A stretch of DNA of 64,000 bases from Octopus vulgaris. Its lineage: Eukaryota. The translations under genes and the position numbers were made by a program. Positions 37,705-50,197 of the stretch are shown here, piece after piece. How positions within the stretch are numbered: the first letter of the stretch is position 1; every line of letters starts with the position of its first letter. The notes below the pieces were generated by a model. It was not told the DNA's origin and did not search any database. It worked only from the letters and a program-made list of their open reading frames with translations. Location: contig OX597815.1 of assembly GCA_951406725.2 (NCBI GenBank), forward strand, positions 189,410,001 to 189,474,000. The letters are read 5' to 3'.

Positions 37705-37767
<63 letters not shown>

Positions 37768-38515
37768 TATATATATATATATACATATATATAGATATAC
37801 ATATATATATATATATATTTACATATACATATATACACACACACACACACAATATATATATATATATATATATTAACAGTAGGATGGAGGAAGTAGAGTG
37901 AAATTATCTTACATTTTTGATCATAAAGTGTGGTAATTTAAATTGTAAAATAATAAATATTAAAAATTTTCAATTCAAAATCCAATACTAATTTTAGCAT
38001 TGAAAACCATACATTATATAAAACACTGTTTGTTATATTTTTTGTTTGATTTTGTGTTCTTTTTTTTTAATATTGAACATACAAAAATAGAATTAAATTG
38101 CATTTTAAAGAACAATTTGAGGAAAATAAAGCAACATTATCTGGCATGATTCTTGCTGGAATTGAAAATGCTGACTCACCAATTATTTCCAACAATTATT
38201 TGTTAAAAAAATATTAATAATAATAACATGCATGTAATAGAGATTCTCTCCCACATGTGAAAAAAAAATATTTTGTTTGGTTTGAAATTTATTTTTCCCT
38301 TTCATAGTTTCAGACCTTTCGTTAAGCAACATAGACAACCAAAGCTTTACATCTAGACTTCCATCACCTTCTCTCTCTCTCTCTCTCTCTCTCACGCTCT
38401 TTTTCCCCATAATTTCTCTCACCCATCACCTCAACTCTGTGTGTGTGTATGTGTATATATATCAGTGTGTGTGTGTCTATAAGCGTGTGTGTGTGTATGT
38501 ATGTATGTATATATA

Positions 38516-40839
38516 TCATCATCATCATCATCATCATCGTTTAACGTCCGCTTTCCATGCTAGCATGGGTTGGACGGATCAACTGGGGTCTGGGGACACG
38601 AAGGCTGCACCAGGCCAGTCAGATCTGGCAGTGTTTCTACAGCTGGATGCCCTTCCTTACGCCAACCACTCCGAGAGTGTAGTGGGTGATTTTATGTGCC
38701 ACCGACACAGGTGCCAGACGAGGCTGGCGAACGGCCACGCTCGGATGGTGTTTTTATGTGCCACCGACACAGGTGCCAGACGAGGCTGGCAGACGGCCAC
38801 GCTCGGATGGTGTTTTTATGTGCCACCGACACAGGTGCCAGACGAGGCTGGCAGACGGCCACGCTCGGATGGTGTTTTTATGTGCCACCGACACAGGTGC
38901 CAGACGAGGCTGGCAGACGGCCACGCTCGGACGGTGTTTGTTACGTGCCCACAGCACGGAGGCCAGTCGATGCGGTACTGGCTACGGTCCCGTTCGGATG
39001 GTTTTCTTATGTGCCACCGGCACTGGTACCACAAGGATACAAATTCCATTGATGTTCATCTATTTTGATTTGGTTTGACTTGATTCGATTTGACTTTGAT
39101 TTGATTTGCCTCAACAGGTCTTCACAAGTGTCACAAGCAGGAAGGTATGCACAGGTGGACTGACTACGTCCCAGGTAGGGGCCACGGGTTATGGCTTCAC
39201 TAGTCTTGCCGGGTCTTCTCACGCACAGCATACTTCCATAGGTCTCGGTCTCTGGTCATTTCCATGGTGAGACCTAATGTTCGAAGGTCGTGCTTCACCA
39301 CCTCGTCCCAGGTTTTCCTGGGTCTACATCTTCCACGGGTTCCCTCAACTGCTAGGGATTGGCACTTTCTCACACACCTATCTTCATCCATTCTCGCCAC
39401 ATGACCATACCATCGCAATCGTCTCTCTTGCACGCAACAACTGATGCTTCTTAGGTACAACATTTCTCTTAGGGAACTAACACTCTGTCGAGTAAGTACA
39501 CTGACATTACACATCCATCGGAGCATACTGGCTTCATTCCTCATGAGCTTACGCATGTCCTCAGCAGTCACGGCCCATGTTTCACTGCCATGTAGCATGG
39601 CAGTTCGAACACATGCATCATACAGTCTGCCCTTTACCCTGAGCGAGAGGCCTTTAGTCACCAGCAGAGGTAAGAGCTCCCTAAACTTTGCCCAGGCTAT
39701 TCTTATTCTAGCAGTTACACTCTCAGCGCACCCACCCCCACTACTGACTTGGTCACCTAGATAACGGAAGCTATCAACTACTTCTAATTTTTCCCCCTGG
39801 AAAGTGACGGAAGTTGTTTTCTGCAGATTTTCGGAGGTCAATGCTCCCGAGCATCTGCCACATATAAAGACTGTCTTCCCAGTTAGCCTACCTTTGACAT
39901 TGCTGCACCTCTTATGTGTCCATAGCTTACACTGGGTACATCTTATAGAGTTTCTACCTACACCTTTTCTACAGATCGAGCAGGGCCATCTTCCTGAGGA
40001 CATTTGTGGATTGCCTACCTTTCTACTTATTAGTACTTTGGTTTTAGCTAGGTTGACTCTAAGGCCCCTCGATTCTAAACCCTCCTTCCACACCTGGAAC
40101 TTCTCCTCCAGTTCTGATAGTGACGCAGCAATTAGAGCGAGGTCGTCAGCATAGAGGAGCTCCCAGGGGCAACCTGTCTTGAATTCCTCTGTTATTGCCT
40201 GGAGGACTATGATAAATAGGAGGGGGCTGAGTACTGAACCCTGGTGGACCCCAACCTCTACTTTGATTCTTCTGTGTACATGTTGCCAACCCTAACCTTG
40301 CTTACGGCATCTCTGTACATGGCTTGCACAGCCCTCACCAGCCATTCATCTATCCCTAGTTTCCTCATTGACCACCAGATGAGGGATCGGGGGACCCTAT
40401 CAAAGGCTTTCTCCATGTCAACGAAAGCCAGGTACAGGGGCCTATCTTTGGCTAGGTATTTCTCCTGCAGCTGCCTTACCAGGAATATAGCATCAGTGGT
40501 GCTTTTCCCTGGCACAAACCCAAACTGCATCTCATCTAAACTAACTCTCTCTCTAATTAGTTGGGCTATGACCCTCTCCGTAACCTTCATTACCTGATCC
40601 AACAGCTTGATACCTCTGTAATTATTTGTATCTAGGGCATCACCTTTACCTTTGTAGCAGTTGACTAGTACGCTGCTACACCAGTCATTGGGTATGACTC
40701 CTTCGTGTATCACCTGGTTGACTATACGGGTGACTAGGTTATAGCCGACACTGCCAGATATTTTGAGCATCTCTGCAGTAATTCCTGATGGGCCTGGGGC
40801 TTTCCCTGTCTTCATGCTTCTAATTGCCTTAGCTACCAC
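38516..40839 (-). mobile_element. RTE-clade LINE, 5'-truncated, RT domain largely intact
   Basis: KAPGPSG, YRGIKLL, QFGFVPG, DMEKAFD, HQGSVLSP, YADD (40142-40153), FRYLG. One apparent 1-nt frameshift near 40267. Stop at 39200. 3' UTR with a 62-bp unit repeated 4 times and a (GAT)n tail. Confidence 0.97.
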
Positions 40840-40901
40840 GGAACTATATATACATATATATATATTTAATATATATATACATATACATATTTATATATAT
40901 T

Positions 40902-40932
<31 letters not shown>

Positions 40933-41090
40933 GTATGTATATATGTATATATATATATCTATATCTATATATATATATATATATATATTTATAGATATAT
41001 ATATATATACATATATATGCTTATAATTTTTAATTGGTAGAAAGTTACAAAGGTAACTTAAGAATCAAAAGATATGTGCATTGCACTTAC

Positions 41091-41193
41091 CATTCTCTCT
41101 TCAAATCTGGGAGCTCTCTGGTGAGTGGATGTATACATAAATACACAGTTTGCTCATTGTTATCCACAGGTGCACAAGATGTACTTTAGTGCC
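41091..41193 (-). other. Candidate 5' UTR exon ending in ATG
   Basis: Acceptor TCTACTCCAG and perfect donor ATG|GTAAGT. All three frames from the acceptor contain stops. Confidence 0.35.
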
Positions 41194-41244
41194 CTGGAGT
41201 AGATAGTTTTCAAGAGTTGTAGTATTTATATATATATATATATA

Positions 41245-41571
41245 TTTCGTTTTTGGATTTGGTTTGCAAGATTCTTTATGTGAGTTCGTGTGTTGAAGCA
41301 TATTCTGTTGTGTCTGGGGAGAGTTGTTCTCTTTTAGTGCCTTATAATTTAACACACTCACCAGTGAAATATTCATTCATTTACTAAATTTTTTCTCTAA
41401 AATTTTTGTTGCATTTTGCAACTTTTTCAATTATCTTGACTCTCCACTGAAAAGGTTGCAAGATGCAATAAATATTCTAGAAAAATTAATAAGTAAATGA
41501 GTGGAAATTTTACCGGTGAGTGTGTTAAATTATAAGGCACAAAAACAAAATTACTCTCCCCAGACACAACA

Positions 41572-41577
<6 letters not shown>
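41245..41577. mobile_element. Diverged fold-back element with hammerhead-like motifs at the centre
   Basis: 41300-41428 is an imperfect reverse complement of 41448-41577. Motif (C/T)TGAAAA-(A/G)GTTGCA-nnn-TGCAA(C/T)-AAA. Flanked by (TA)n. Confidence 0.65.
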
Positions 41578-41624
<47 letters not shown>

Positions 41625-41627
<3 letters not shown>

Positions 41628-41969
41628 ATAATAAATCTCTGAGCGAGATATAAACAGTAACTGCTCTATAACATAAGGGGGATCAGCCATCTGAATGTGG
41701 CTAGGGACAGGGCGGGGTAGTGGGGATGTTACTGATGCATTTAGCCCCAGGCGATCATCAACGTCACCAGAAGGGCTGACACCATCTCGGTGTCCTTGCC
41801 AGCCTGCAAAGGGAGATCAGCCTCCCCGAAGATACAGGCTGGCAAGGACACCGAGATGGTGTCAGCCCTTCTGGTGACGTTGATGATCGCCTGGGGCTAA
41901 ATGCATCAGTAACACCCCCACTACCCCGCCCTGTCCCTAGCCACATTCAGATGGCTGATCTCCCTTATG

Positions 41970-41974
<5 letters not shown>
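41625..41974. mobile_element. GC-rich fold-back element in (TA)n: 140-bp arms, 28-nt spacer
   Basis: 41667-41806 versus 41835-41974 with two visible mismatches, plus a one-sided extension at 41625-41666. Confidence 0.85.
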
Positions 41975-42009
<35 letters not shown>

Positions 42010-42010
<1 letters not shown>

Positions 42011-42200
42011 GGGAGAATTTACAAAAAACAAAAGGAACAAAAAAACAAAAAACAAAAAACAGATGTATTAGTTTAACGCTTGAGAAGTAAGAAAGTCTTT
42101 TACGTTTCGAGCCTATGCTCTTCAACAGAAAGGAACACAGAAATAAACAGGGAAAGAAAATAAAAAAAAGGTTTAGTGGCTAGCGATCTACCATGGCGAA
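42010..42200 (-). mobile_element. Hammerhead-like element family B (core CTGTTGA)
   Basis: Minus strand CTTT-CTGTTGA-A-GAGC-atag-GCTC-GAAA-CG-TA-AAAG at 42097-42132. Homologous to 56135-56320. Confidence 0.75.
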
Positions 42201-42523
42201 TATATACATATATATATGTATGTATACATGCACATTTACATACATATACATACACACACACACACACATAGCCTCATCATTATTTAATGTCCATTTTCCA
42301 TGCATGCATGGACATGACAGTTGACAGGAGCTGGCCAGGTAGAAGAGCTACCCTAGGCTACACACACACACACATACACACACATGCACACACACACGCA
42401 CACAAACATCTATATCAAATATCATACAATATATATTATACGTTCAATTAGCAAAGCCTAAAACTTTCATAAGTAGAGAGGAAGAGGCATGATTCAGATG
42501 CCATCGAGGGAAATTACTATGCT

Positions 42524-42557
<34 letters not shown>

Positions 42558-42599
42558 GGAGTCAGTAGAAATTCCATACCGAATACACATTGTGATCTT

Positions 42600-42970
42600 C
42601 GGGTGCAGAAGTGGTGTAGTGGAATTAAAGGCTGCTTGACAGTGAATAAAGGCTTCGATTTTAGCAGGTGCACCGGATTAATTAGCTTTCAGAATGCTAG
42701 AAAAATAAATTCACTGCAATGATTTGGAATGCTCAGAACGTTCTATAAAAGTGGTTGATAGCCTGCTGCTACCTAGAAGACTAATCAGTAGTGATGGAAA
42801 GGTGCTCTGAAAAGAAAGGAACCAAAACATGTAAAGGGTAGAACAGATTTAGGGAACTGTTATCTCTGCTGATAAAGGTAATTCACTTTGCAAGCAAAGA
42901 GCTGATGTGTCCAATGTATGTATACAAACTATGATGCTAAATAGGTGTAAGATGTAGGTTGAGAAGATAG
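42600..42970 (+). pseudogene. Old RTE fragment
   Basis: VQKWCSGIKGCLT...SRCTG resembles HKRCSNVKGRLT...GRCSG of the copy at 38516-40839. Confidence 0.6.
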
Positions 42971-42974
42971 AGGA

Positions 42975-43204
42975 TACTCTTTTACTCTTTTACATGTTTC
43001 AGTCATTTGACTGCGGCCATGCTGGAGCACCGCCTTTAATCGAGCAACTCGACCCGGGACTTATTCTTTTGTAAGCCCAGTACTTATTCTAGAGGTATCT
43101 TTTGCCGAACCGCTAAGTAATGGGTACATAAACACACCAGCATCGGTTGTCAAGCGATGTTGGGAGGACAAACACAGACACACAAACACACACACGCGTA
43201 TATA

Positions 43205-43271
<67 letters not shown>

Positions 43272-43538
43272 ATATGTTACATTTACTCAATAGTCAAGAT
43301 AAAACTCTGAGTTTCAGATGCCGAAGTGGAAATCCACAACACCATCTCTTCGATTATCTGGCCATCTGATATATACGACGGGCTTCTTTCAGTTTCCGTC
43401 TACCAAATCCACTCACAAGGCATTGGTCGGCCCAGGGCTATAGCAGAAGACACTTGCCCAAGATGCCACACTGGGACTGAACCCGGAACCATGTGGTTGG
43501 TTAGCAAGCTACTTACCACACAGCCACTCCTGCGCCTA
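42975..43538 (-). mobile_element. SINE family 1 with an insert in its internal (TA)n
   Basis: SINE halves at 42975-43198 and 43370-43538. Confidence 0.9.
43268..43369 (-). mobile_element. Hammerhead-like mini-element (core TCGAAGA)
   Basis: Minus strand GATAA-TCGAAGA-GATG...CATC-T-GAAA-CTC-A-GAG-TT-TTATC at 43298-43358. Confidence 0.65.
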
Positions 43539-44045
43539 TGTGGAAAGAAGTGGTGAAAATTGATCTCAGGATGCAGAACCTCATAAAGGTGATGGTAATG
43601 GAATGCAACAAGTTGAAGAGGACCAAACCATCGTACTAGGAAAAAAGGGAAGTAAAATTATGTGCTTCTTTCAGTTTCCATCAACAAAAATCTACCCATA
43701 AGGCTTGCCTAAGGTACCACTCCATGAGACTAAACCCAAAAGCATGTAAGGTCAGGAAGCAAATATCTGAACTACATAGCCATACTTGCATCATCATCAT
43801 CATCATCATCATCATTGTTTAACGTCAATTATCAATGCTAGCATAGGTTGGATGGGTTGGCCATGGCTGGTGAGCTGAGGGGCTGCACCAGACTCCAGTC
43901 TGATTTGGTATGGCTTCTACAGATGGATGCCCTTCCTACACACACACAAACATATACACACACACACACACTCACACTCGCACACACACACACATATATA
44001 TATATATATACGTATATATACACACATATATATATATATATATAT

Positions 44046-44402
44046 AAAAGGAAATGAAGAAAATGCTGACAAAATAATTTAAGTAATTTAAGTAATTTAA
44101 TTAGGTGAAAGTTCTTTTTACCGGTTGCGCATTTGTTATGCTTATCAAAATATATTTTTTAAAGAGAGATTAGAGTTCCTTTTTGATAGATTTTTTCCTC
44201 TTATCAGATAAGAGGAAAAAATCTATCAAAAAGGAACTCTAATCTCTCTTTAAAAAATATATTTTGATAAGCATAACAAATGCGCAACCGGTAAAAAGAA
44301 CTTTCACCTAATTAAATTACTTAAATTACTTAAATTATTTTGTCAGCATTTTCTTCATTTCCTTTTTTATATATCACAACTCGTGTTCCACATCTCCTTT
44401 TT

Positions 44403-44406
<4 letters not shown>
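44046..44406. mobile_element. Perfect palindrome (160-bp arms, 1-nt centre at 44206) carrying a hammerhead-like motif
   Basis: 44046-44205 versus 44207-44366. TTGATAA-GCAT-aacaa-ATGC-GCAA-CCGG-TA-AAAA at 44264-44297. One-sided tail to 44406. Confidence 0.85.
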
Positions 44407-44442
<36 letters not shown>

Positions 44443-44445
<3 letters not shown>

Positions 44446-44790
44446 CGGGCTTCTTTCAGTTTCTGTCTACCAAATCCACTCACAAAGCTTTTGTTGGCCC
44501 AAGGCTATAGTAGCAGACATTTGCCCAAGGTGCCACACAGTGGGACTGAACCAGGAACCATGAGGTTGCTAAGCAAGCTACTTACCACACAACCATTCCT
44601 GCACCTACTCTTTTTTTTTTCTACTTGTTTCAGTCATTTGACTGCAGCCATGCTAGGGCAACACCTTTAGTCGAGCAAATCGACCCCAGGACTTATTCTT
44701 TGTAAGCCTACTATTTATTCTATCGTTCTCTTTTGCTGAACTGCTAAGTTACAGGGCAAGCTACTTACCACACGGCCACTCCTGCGCCTA
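44443..44790 (-). mobile_element. SINE family 1: an internally deleted copy plus the head of a second copy
   Basis: Segments 44757-44790, 44607-44756 and 44443-44606. Confidence 0.8.
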
Positions 44791-44796
44791 TATTAT

Positions 44797-45027
44797 TTAA
44801 CCTTTTTCATACCAACCTACCTGAGATCAACCATAACTTTATGACACAAACTCCTAGATTCTTAACTGATTTAAATTAAAACCTTCGATCAAAATTCCAT
44901 GTTAATTTATGCTTGAAACGCCATATTAATAACGACCAAATTATTTTACTAAATTCTTCATTATTTTCAAAGCTAATTGAAACAAAGGCAGTGTATTTCT
45001 ACAGAAATATGGTAACAAAAGAGTTAA
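44797..45027. mobile_element. piggyBac-type MITE
   Basis: TTAA-flanked and homologous to 10857-11081. Confidence 0.8.
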
Positions 45028-45383
45028 TTAGCCTCTCAGCAAAAGTGGTTAACTTTGCTTATAGTTAAATACTTTGTTCTAAATGCATTGCAAATAATAC
45101 AAATGCAATTGGATTTTCAATTGAACACATTTACAGCATTAGAAAAAAGCATTTAATTTCATGTCATGAATTCACATTACTGTTTCTGAGACAGCATTTA
45201 TTTCAGTTCTAGCTATTTATATTGTATTTGTAACAGCATATCTAGAAACAAAAAGAACAAAAAACAAAACAAAACAAAATGAAACAACAACAGCAACAAA
45301 AATGTGAATAGAACAAAAAGGATATTGTATCTAAAAAGATAGTTCTGAAAAGGAAATAATCAAATAAAATATTTCTGTGCATT

Positions 45384-45423
<40 letters not shown>

Positions 45424-46547
45424 TTCGTTATTTAAAATAAAATAATAGGAAAAACAAATATTAGATTAAGGGCTGAAAGAAATCAAAGAATGTCATTCCA
45501 AATTAGTCTATATTTTAGCATTCATCAAAAATAGTTCGATACTTTGAAGTCTTTTTGTGTATGTGTTACAGATGCATAGTGGCCAATACACACTTTCATT
45601 TAAAAACTGGAATATGTACCAACATGCACATAACTGTGGCATAGACAAACTGAATTATTCATGCACACACAAACACATTCACATATACACCCACCTCTCA
45701 CAATGTAAACTGCTAATATCTCCAAAGCACAGAAGCACTGTTGGGAGTTAGTCTTTAACTGTTGTTTTATAGCAGCAATTTTCAACCTGTTTTTGATTCA
45801 CATCTCACTGAATAAGGTACTAATAGTATTATGGCATACCATCAGCTTTTAAAAGTTTTATTGTATAAAAAGAAAATGAGTATTAAAATGGTTTTAAAAC
45901 AGAATACAGTGTATACATTGCATTTTGCTATAAAAGAATACAGCTGCATTTATTTGGTGCACTGAAAGCACTCAACTTTCCTAAATATATATAATTGCAT
46001 TTTCCAACTCATCTCAAAAACTTATGGGCAAACATGTGGACAGTACACAACTCACAAATGTGCCTGTGAAACACATTGGTTTCATTGTAAGAAGCAGATG
46101 AGTTATGCATTAAATTTAGTATTTATTTCTGATATCTAGTATATGTATTAAAACAAGATATCATTTGCTTGTTCTAATGCTTGATGCAGGTTTTTCTATA
46201 CTAGCATGGGTTGGCCTCAGTACTGAGGCAAGATTTTTCAACCAGATGCTTGTCCTGTCATCAGCACTTACTTGTTTTCCAAGTAAAATTTTTTTTCCTT
46301 TTATTTCAGAATTGTCTGCAAGTACAGAGCTAGGTATGTGCATGCTGGTACATAGTTCAGTGTTTTTAAATGAAAGTGGGTATTGGCTACTATGCATCCC
46401 TAATGCATACCACAAAACCACTTCAAAGTATGGAACTGTATTTGATGAATGCTAAAATACAGACTAATTTGGAATAGTTTTCTGTGATTTCTTTCAACCT
46501 TAAATTTCATATCAGCATAGGTATGTGTGTATATGTATCTGCCTTTC

Positions 46548-46603
<56 letters not shown>

Positions 46604-47211
46604 TGTGTGTGTGTTTGTGTGTGTTTGTGTGCACACACACACAGGAGGATACAAGAGGCTCAGTTAATTATGATTTTATTCAGCATATTCCTCTCTTAGA
46701 TTCACATACAAACTTCAGCAATCCTTCAGTTATTCTAAAGCCTGGTAAAAGAACTTGGAAAGTTGGGTTTCCAACAAGGCCTTTCACAATATCCTTAAAG
46801 GCAGGAACTTTATATGTTCCTCGTACATATGCATATAGATATCATCATAATTATCATAATTTAACGTCTGCTTTCCATGCTGGCATGGGTTGGATGGTTA
46901 GACAGGTGCTGGCTGGGCAGAAGACTGCACCAAACTCCAGCATGTTTCAGCATGGTTTTTGTGGCTGGATGCCCTTCCTACCCTCAACCTACCCCCAGAG
47001 TGGACTGGATGCTTTGAACGTGGCAGCAGCACTGGCAAGGTCACCAAGTAACATGCAATACAAAGATCCTTTGAGAGGGGAGGGGCACTGGAGGAGGTGG
47101 TCTTGTGCCAGGTGATGACTGGTTAGAATATGACAGAGAGACAGAAACAGGTATGTTGTTGAAGAGGACATGCATGGTTAGTGTGTGTGTGTGCATGTGT
47201 GTACATATATA

Positions 47212-47255
<44 letters not shown>

Positions 47256-47285
47256 CGTGTATTTGTATATATATATATATATACA

Positions 47286-47338
<53 letters not shown>

Positions 47339-47374
47339 TGTATATATACATACATATATGTGTATACACATATA

Positions 47375-47424
<50 letters not shown>

Positions 47425-47427
<3 letters not shown>

Positions 47428-47530
47428 TAGTTTATTAAAGCTGAAGCTGAGATCTTGCCTCATAACACGAGTTTCAATTTAAAAAAAAGACATATCCTGT
47501 ATGATATGTATTCTCACTCATCTGATATAA
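47425..47530 (-). mobile_element. Hammerhead-like mini-element (core CAGATGA) followed by AATAAA
   Basis: Minus strand TAT-CAGATGA-...ACATATC-loop-GATATGT...-GAAA-CTCGTG-TT-ATG at 47461-47527, abutting (TA)n. Confidence 0.55.
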
Positions 47531-48519
47531 AGCAACACACACACGCACACACACACACACACATTCACACACTCACACACTCACACACTCACACACACAC
47601 ACACTCACACACTCACACACTCACCCCCCACACACATACATGCATGCATGTTTAAAATCATCACGCAAGGATGACTTGGTGGATTCAGACAGGTCAGACA
47701 TCAATGTTTCCCCCAAAGTTCACCATCATTATCTTCTACTTAGTAAAAAGGAACGCTTCTAATTCACGGACCTTTTAAAACCTAGACTAAATAAATCAGC
47801 TCCATTAAATGTCCATACCACAACTCTTGTCTCTGTGGCATACATTAAATGATGCATTTAATACCCAGACACTTTCTCCGCCTACATGTGCTGGTGTTTT
47901 CTCATAAGTTTACTTTGCACATGACAGCTTTAATTAATTCATCTCTACTCAGAACATCTCCTTGCTATTTTATTCACTGGCAGTAAATTACAGCTAATAG
48001 TTTATTTCCATAAAATATCAAACTTTTTACAGATGTCTTATATATTCAATTTTTATATGGGTTTTCACCAGACTCTTTCATACAAATAGATTTATCGCTT
48101 TCTTAAGTATCATCTTTCATCACCTACCATTAACCACCATGGTAATTTTAGTTGTAACTACAACACTACTTCAGATTCAATCCCTATTACATGCTATCAT
48201 TCAATTTTTAATCAATTTTGTTTTCAGAATTATTTCCCTTGCCTTTGTGTAGAAATATGTTTGCTTCCCAAGGTTCAGTCTAAATGCACTTCGGGCAAGT
48301 GTCTTACTACTACAGCCTAGGGCCAACCAACATGTCCTGATGTGTTTATGTTCCTCCAACTTAGCAGTTCAGCTAAAGAGACTGATAAAATAAATGCCAG
48401 ACTTAAAACAAAAAAATGAATTAATTACTGGGGTCAATTTGTTGGACAAAAATTCTTCAAGGCGGTGCCCCAGTATGGTTGCAATCTAATGATTGAAATT
48501 TGTTTAGGGAGCATATTAA

Positions 48520-48825
48520 AAGTACCATCCGAATGTGGTCAATGCTAGGCCCCCCACCCCTGCCCCAACTGGTTCCTGTGCCAGTAGCATGTGAAAAGCA
48601 CCATCCAAATGTGGCCAATGCCAGTGCTGCCTGACTGGCTCCCAAGCCGGTGGCACATAAAAAGCACCCATTACACTCTCACAATGGTTGGTGCCAGGAA
48701 AGGGCACCCAGCTGTAGAAAACTTGCCAGATCAGATTGGAGCCTGGTGCGACCTCCTGGCTTGCCAGTCCCCAGTCAAACCGTCCAACCCAACGGACATT
48801 AAACAATGATGACAATGATGATGAT
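48520..48825 (+). mobile_element. RTE LINE 3' UTR fragment
   Basis: Homology to 35630-35943. Confidence 0.8.
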
Positions 48826-49229
48826 GGATATAGTTACACAGTACTGAACCCACTTTTGGTGCGACCCTAGTGGCACAACATTGGTTGAGACAACCAGAAA
48901 CCAACAACCCTTCAGGTTCCTTTTACATGAGTATACCTTCTCTTAGAGGGACATTCTAATAGGAACTAGGAGACCTTCACTCCCAGTGGTCAAGAATTTC
49001 TTATTCCTAACTGTTGGCTGGTTAAGGATTCTATTGAATTTGTCTGTTCTTTAAAAGGTTTTGTTCTACATCCTGGAAAGGGTTCACTAAAAGCCACCAT
49101 CTTTATCAAGCAAGCATAGGAGAGTTGCCAGTTTAGTCGCTAATGCCCTATCCAGGTGACAAGTTATTTACACACACACACACACACACACACATACACA
49201 CAGACATATATCTACATAGATATATATGT

Positions 49230-49492
49230 TATGCTGTGCTTGAGAAGACTCATTGAGCCAAGAGAAATTGTAGTCATGGTCATGGCACCCAGGAAATCAT
49301 AGTCATGGCTGTTACCAGTGTCATGTAAATGGCACCTGTGCCAGTGGCATGTAAAAAGGCACCCATTACACTCTCAAAGTGGTTGGCATTAGGAAGGACA
49401 TCCAGCTGGTAGAAAACCATGGCAAGTCAGATTGAAACTTGGTGCAGCCCTCCAGCTGTCAAACCCATGCCAGCATGGAAAGCAGACGTTAA

Positions 49493-49546
<54 letters not shown>

Positions 49547-49624
49547 GTGATGAAGATGATGATAATGAGGATGATGATGAAGATGATGATGACGACGATA
49601 ACGACAATGATGATGACAATGACA

Positions 49625-49657
<33 letters not shown>

Positions 49658-49685
49658 GTTGTGGTGGTGGTGGTGATGATGATGA
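49230..49685 (+). mobile_element. RTE 3' UTR fragment with an expanded (GAT)n tail
   Basis: Homology to the RTE tail. (GAT)n spans 49495-49685. Confidence 0.75.
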
Positions 49686-49852
49686 TATAGGTGCAGGAGT
49701 GGCTGTGTGGTAAGTAGCTTGCTTACCAACCACATAGTTCTGGGTTCAGTCCCACTGCGTGGCACTTTGGGCAAGTGTCTTCTACTATAGACTCGGGCTG
49801 ACCAAAGCCTTGTGAGTGGATTTGGTAGACGGAAACTGAAAGAAGCCCATCA
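49686..49852 (+). mobile_element. SINE family 1, 5' half
   Basis: Homology to 1531-1700. Confidence 0.85.
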
Positions 49853-50197
49853 TATGATGGCTTCTTTTATGTAAAATCTCTCAGAAAATTTAAATTTATC
49901 ATATATAGTGGCGTTTTCAAACTTCATTTTTTTATAAATATACACCCACTTAAAAGAAAAAAGTAGTGGGTCAATTTAGTCAGCTAAAATTCTTCAAAGA
50001 GTTGCCCCTGCATGGACACAGTCAAAAGACTGAAACAAGTAAGAGATTAAAGATAAAAAATGTAGAAATATAGAAAGAGTGGAGGAGAAAAAGTGGGAGA
50101 AAGAAGGTGGGAGAGAGAGAATTAGAGAGAGAGAGAGAGAGAGATTCAAGCATGGAAAAAATTTAACCATGCATAGCATGTTTCTACATCTTATCTT

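Noticed and set aside
38686-39078. Repetitive ORFs (CATDTGARRGW...)
   Set aside because: They are antisense readings of the 62-bp array in the RTE 3' UTR.
41695-41946. Twin ORFs MWLGTGRGSG... on both strands
   Set aside because: A by-product of the palindrome.
49389-49774. Poly-Asp/His/Ser/Met ORFs
   Set aside because: Expanded (GAT)n tail of an RTE fragment.
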